DNA from: Felis catus
Lineage: Eukaryota
DNA length: 64,000 nt
Direction: 5' to 3'
Assembly: GCF_018350175.1 (NCBI RefSeq)
Contig: NC_058376.1
Location: 4,650,001-4,714,000, forward strand
Below the pieces are notes generated by a model. That model was given only the letters and a program-made list of their open reading frames with translations. It had not been told where the DNA came from and did no database searches. Positions 63,291 to 64,000 of this stretch are shown here, piece by piece. The stretch's first letter is position 1. Each line of letters starts with the position of its first letter. A program made the position numbers and the translations under genes.

Positions 63291-63779
63291 AAATTCAATC
63301 TCTCCTTAGGAGTTTCTTATGAAAAAGCCGTTTCTAATGCGGTGTGAAAATACCACCTTAAAGGGACCTGTTTTAATTGCTTATTATTTTTTTTCAGTAT
63401 CTGCTAAGTAGCAAACCACTGCCAGTCACCCTGTAATCACAATAAAAGCCAGCCAGTCTGCAACGGTGGCTTTCTGGGAAGTGAAAGCATGTAACTTATC
63501 TTTAGAGGTCTTGATCTTTCCAACATACCAGACGGATAATGTGCTGGAGCCTGGAGAATGTTCTGCGGGCTGTCAGCAGAGAACAGGTGACGGAACAAAG
63601 GCAGCGCTCACGGAGCCCCACAGTCACCCAGCTCTGGGGGCCTCTGTCCCGCACCATCGAGGGGGGTGGGGGGAGGGGAGACAGGCGCCTACACACGCCT
63701 ACCTGCTTTCCTAGATGCATGCTACCCTCCATCTGGCTTTCCTGACTTGAAGGTGTTTTGTTGTCATTGTTGTTTTTTA

Positions 63780-63976
63780 GCTTATTTATTTATGTTGAGA
63801 GAGAGAGAGAGTGAGCACAAGCAGGGGAGAGGCAGAGACAGAGGGAGAGGGAGAATCCCAAGCAGCCTTGCACTGCCAGCACGGAGCCTGATGTGGGGCT
63901 CGAACTCCCGAACCGGGGAGATCACGACCTGGGCCGAAATCAAGGGTCTTAACGGACTGAGCCACCCAGGAGCCCC
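63780..63976 (-). mobile_element. CanSINE
   Basis: Reverse-oriented copy. Confidence 0.9.
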
Positions 63977-64000
63977 TCCTCACTTGAAGTTTTGAACGAC

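Noticed and set aside
42050-64000. BACE2 exon 1/promoter or intron-1 nested transcripts such as human PLAC4
   Set aside because: No signal peptide/propeptide exon or CpG-island promoter visible; no sequence evidence for nested genes

Overview
Mammalian (felid) genomic DNA, judged from dense tRNA-derived CanSINE/SINEC_Fc-type SINEs and an L1 with a cat-type 3' end. The window appears to lie entirely inside the BACE2 (beta-secretase 2, aspartic protease) gene on the minus strand. Coding exons 2-8 are at 42049-41961, 31215-30999, 26908-26780, 25388-~25254 (mostly in an N gap), 23888-23787, 19114-18965 and 13943-13775. All visible splice sites are GT/AG, phases are consistent, and both catalytic motifs (DTG, DSG) are intact. 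Exon 1 and the transmembrane-encoding exon 9 were not found and presumably lie outside the window. The rest is intronic: about 47 SINEs, old L1/HAL1, L2, MIR, MaLR/ERVL LTRs, hAT MITEs, three GC/G-rich minisatellites and a 1.6-kb CA/TA-rich repeat just downstream of exon 2. Almost all other ORFs in the track are spurious. I found no convincing novel multi-gene system. The best lead is an in-frame read-through of exon 8 into intron 8 that ends in a sense-oriented SINE with clustered poly(A) signals, a candidate felid-specific alternative C-terminus. Repeat family names come from recalled consensus motifs, not a database search.
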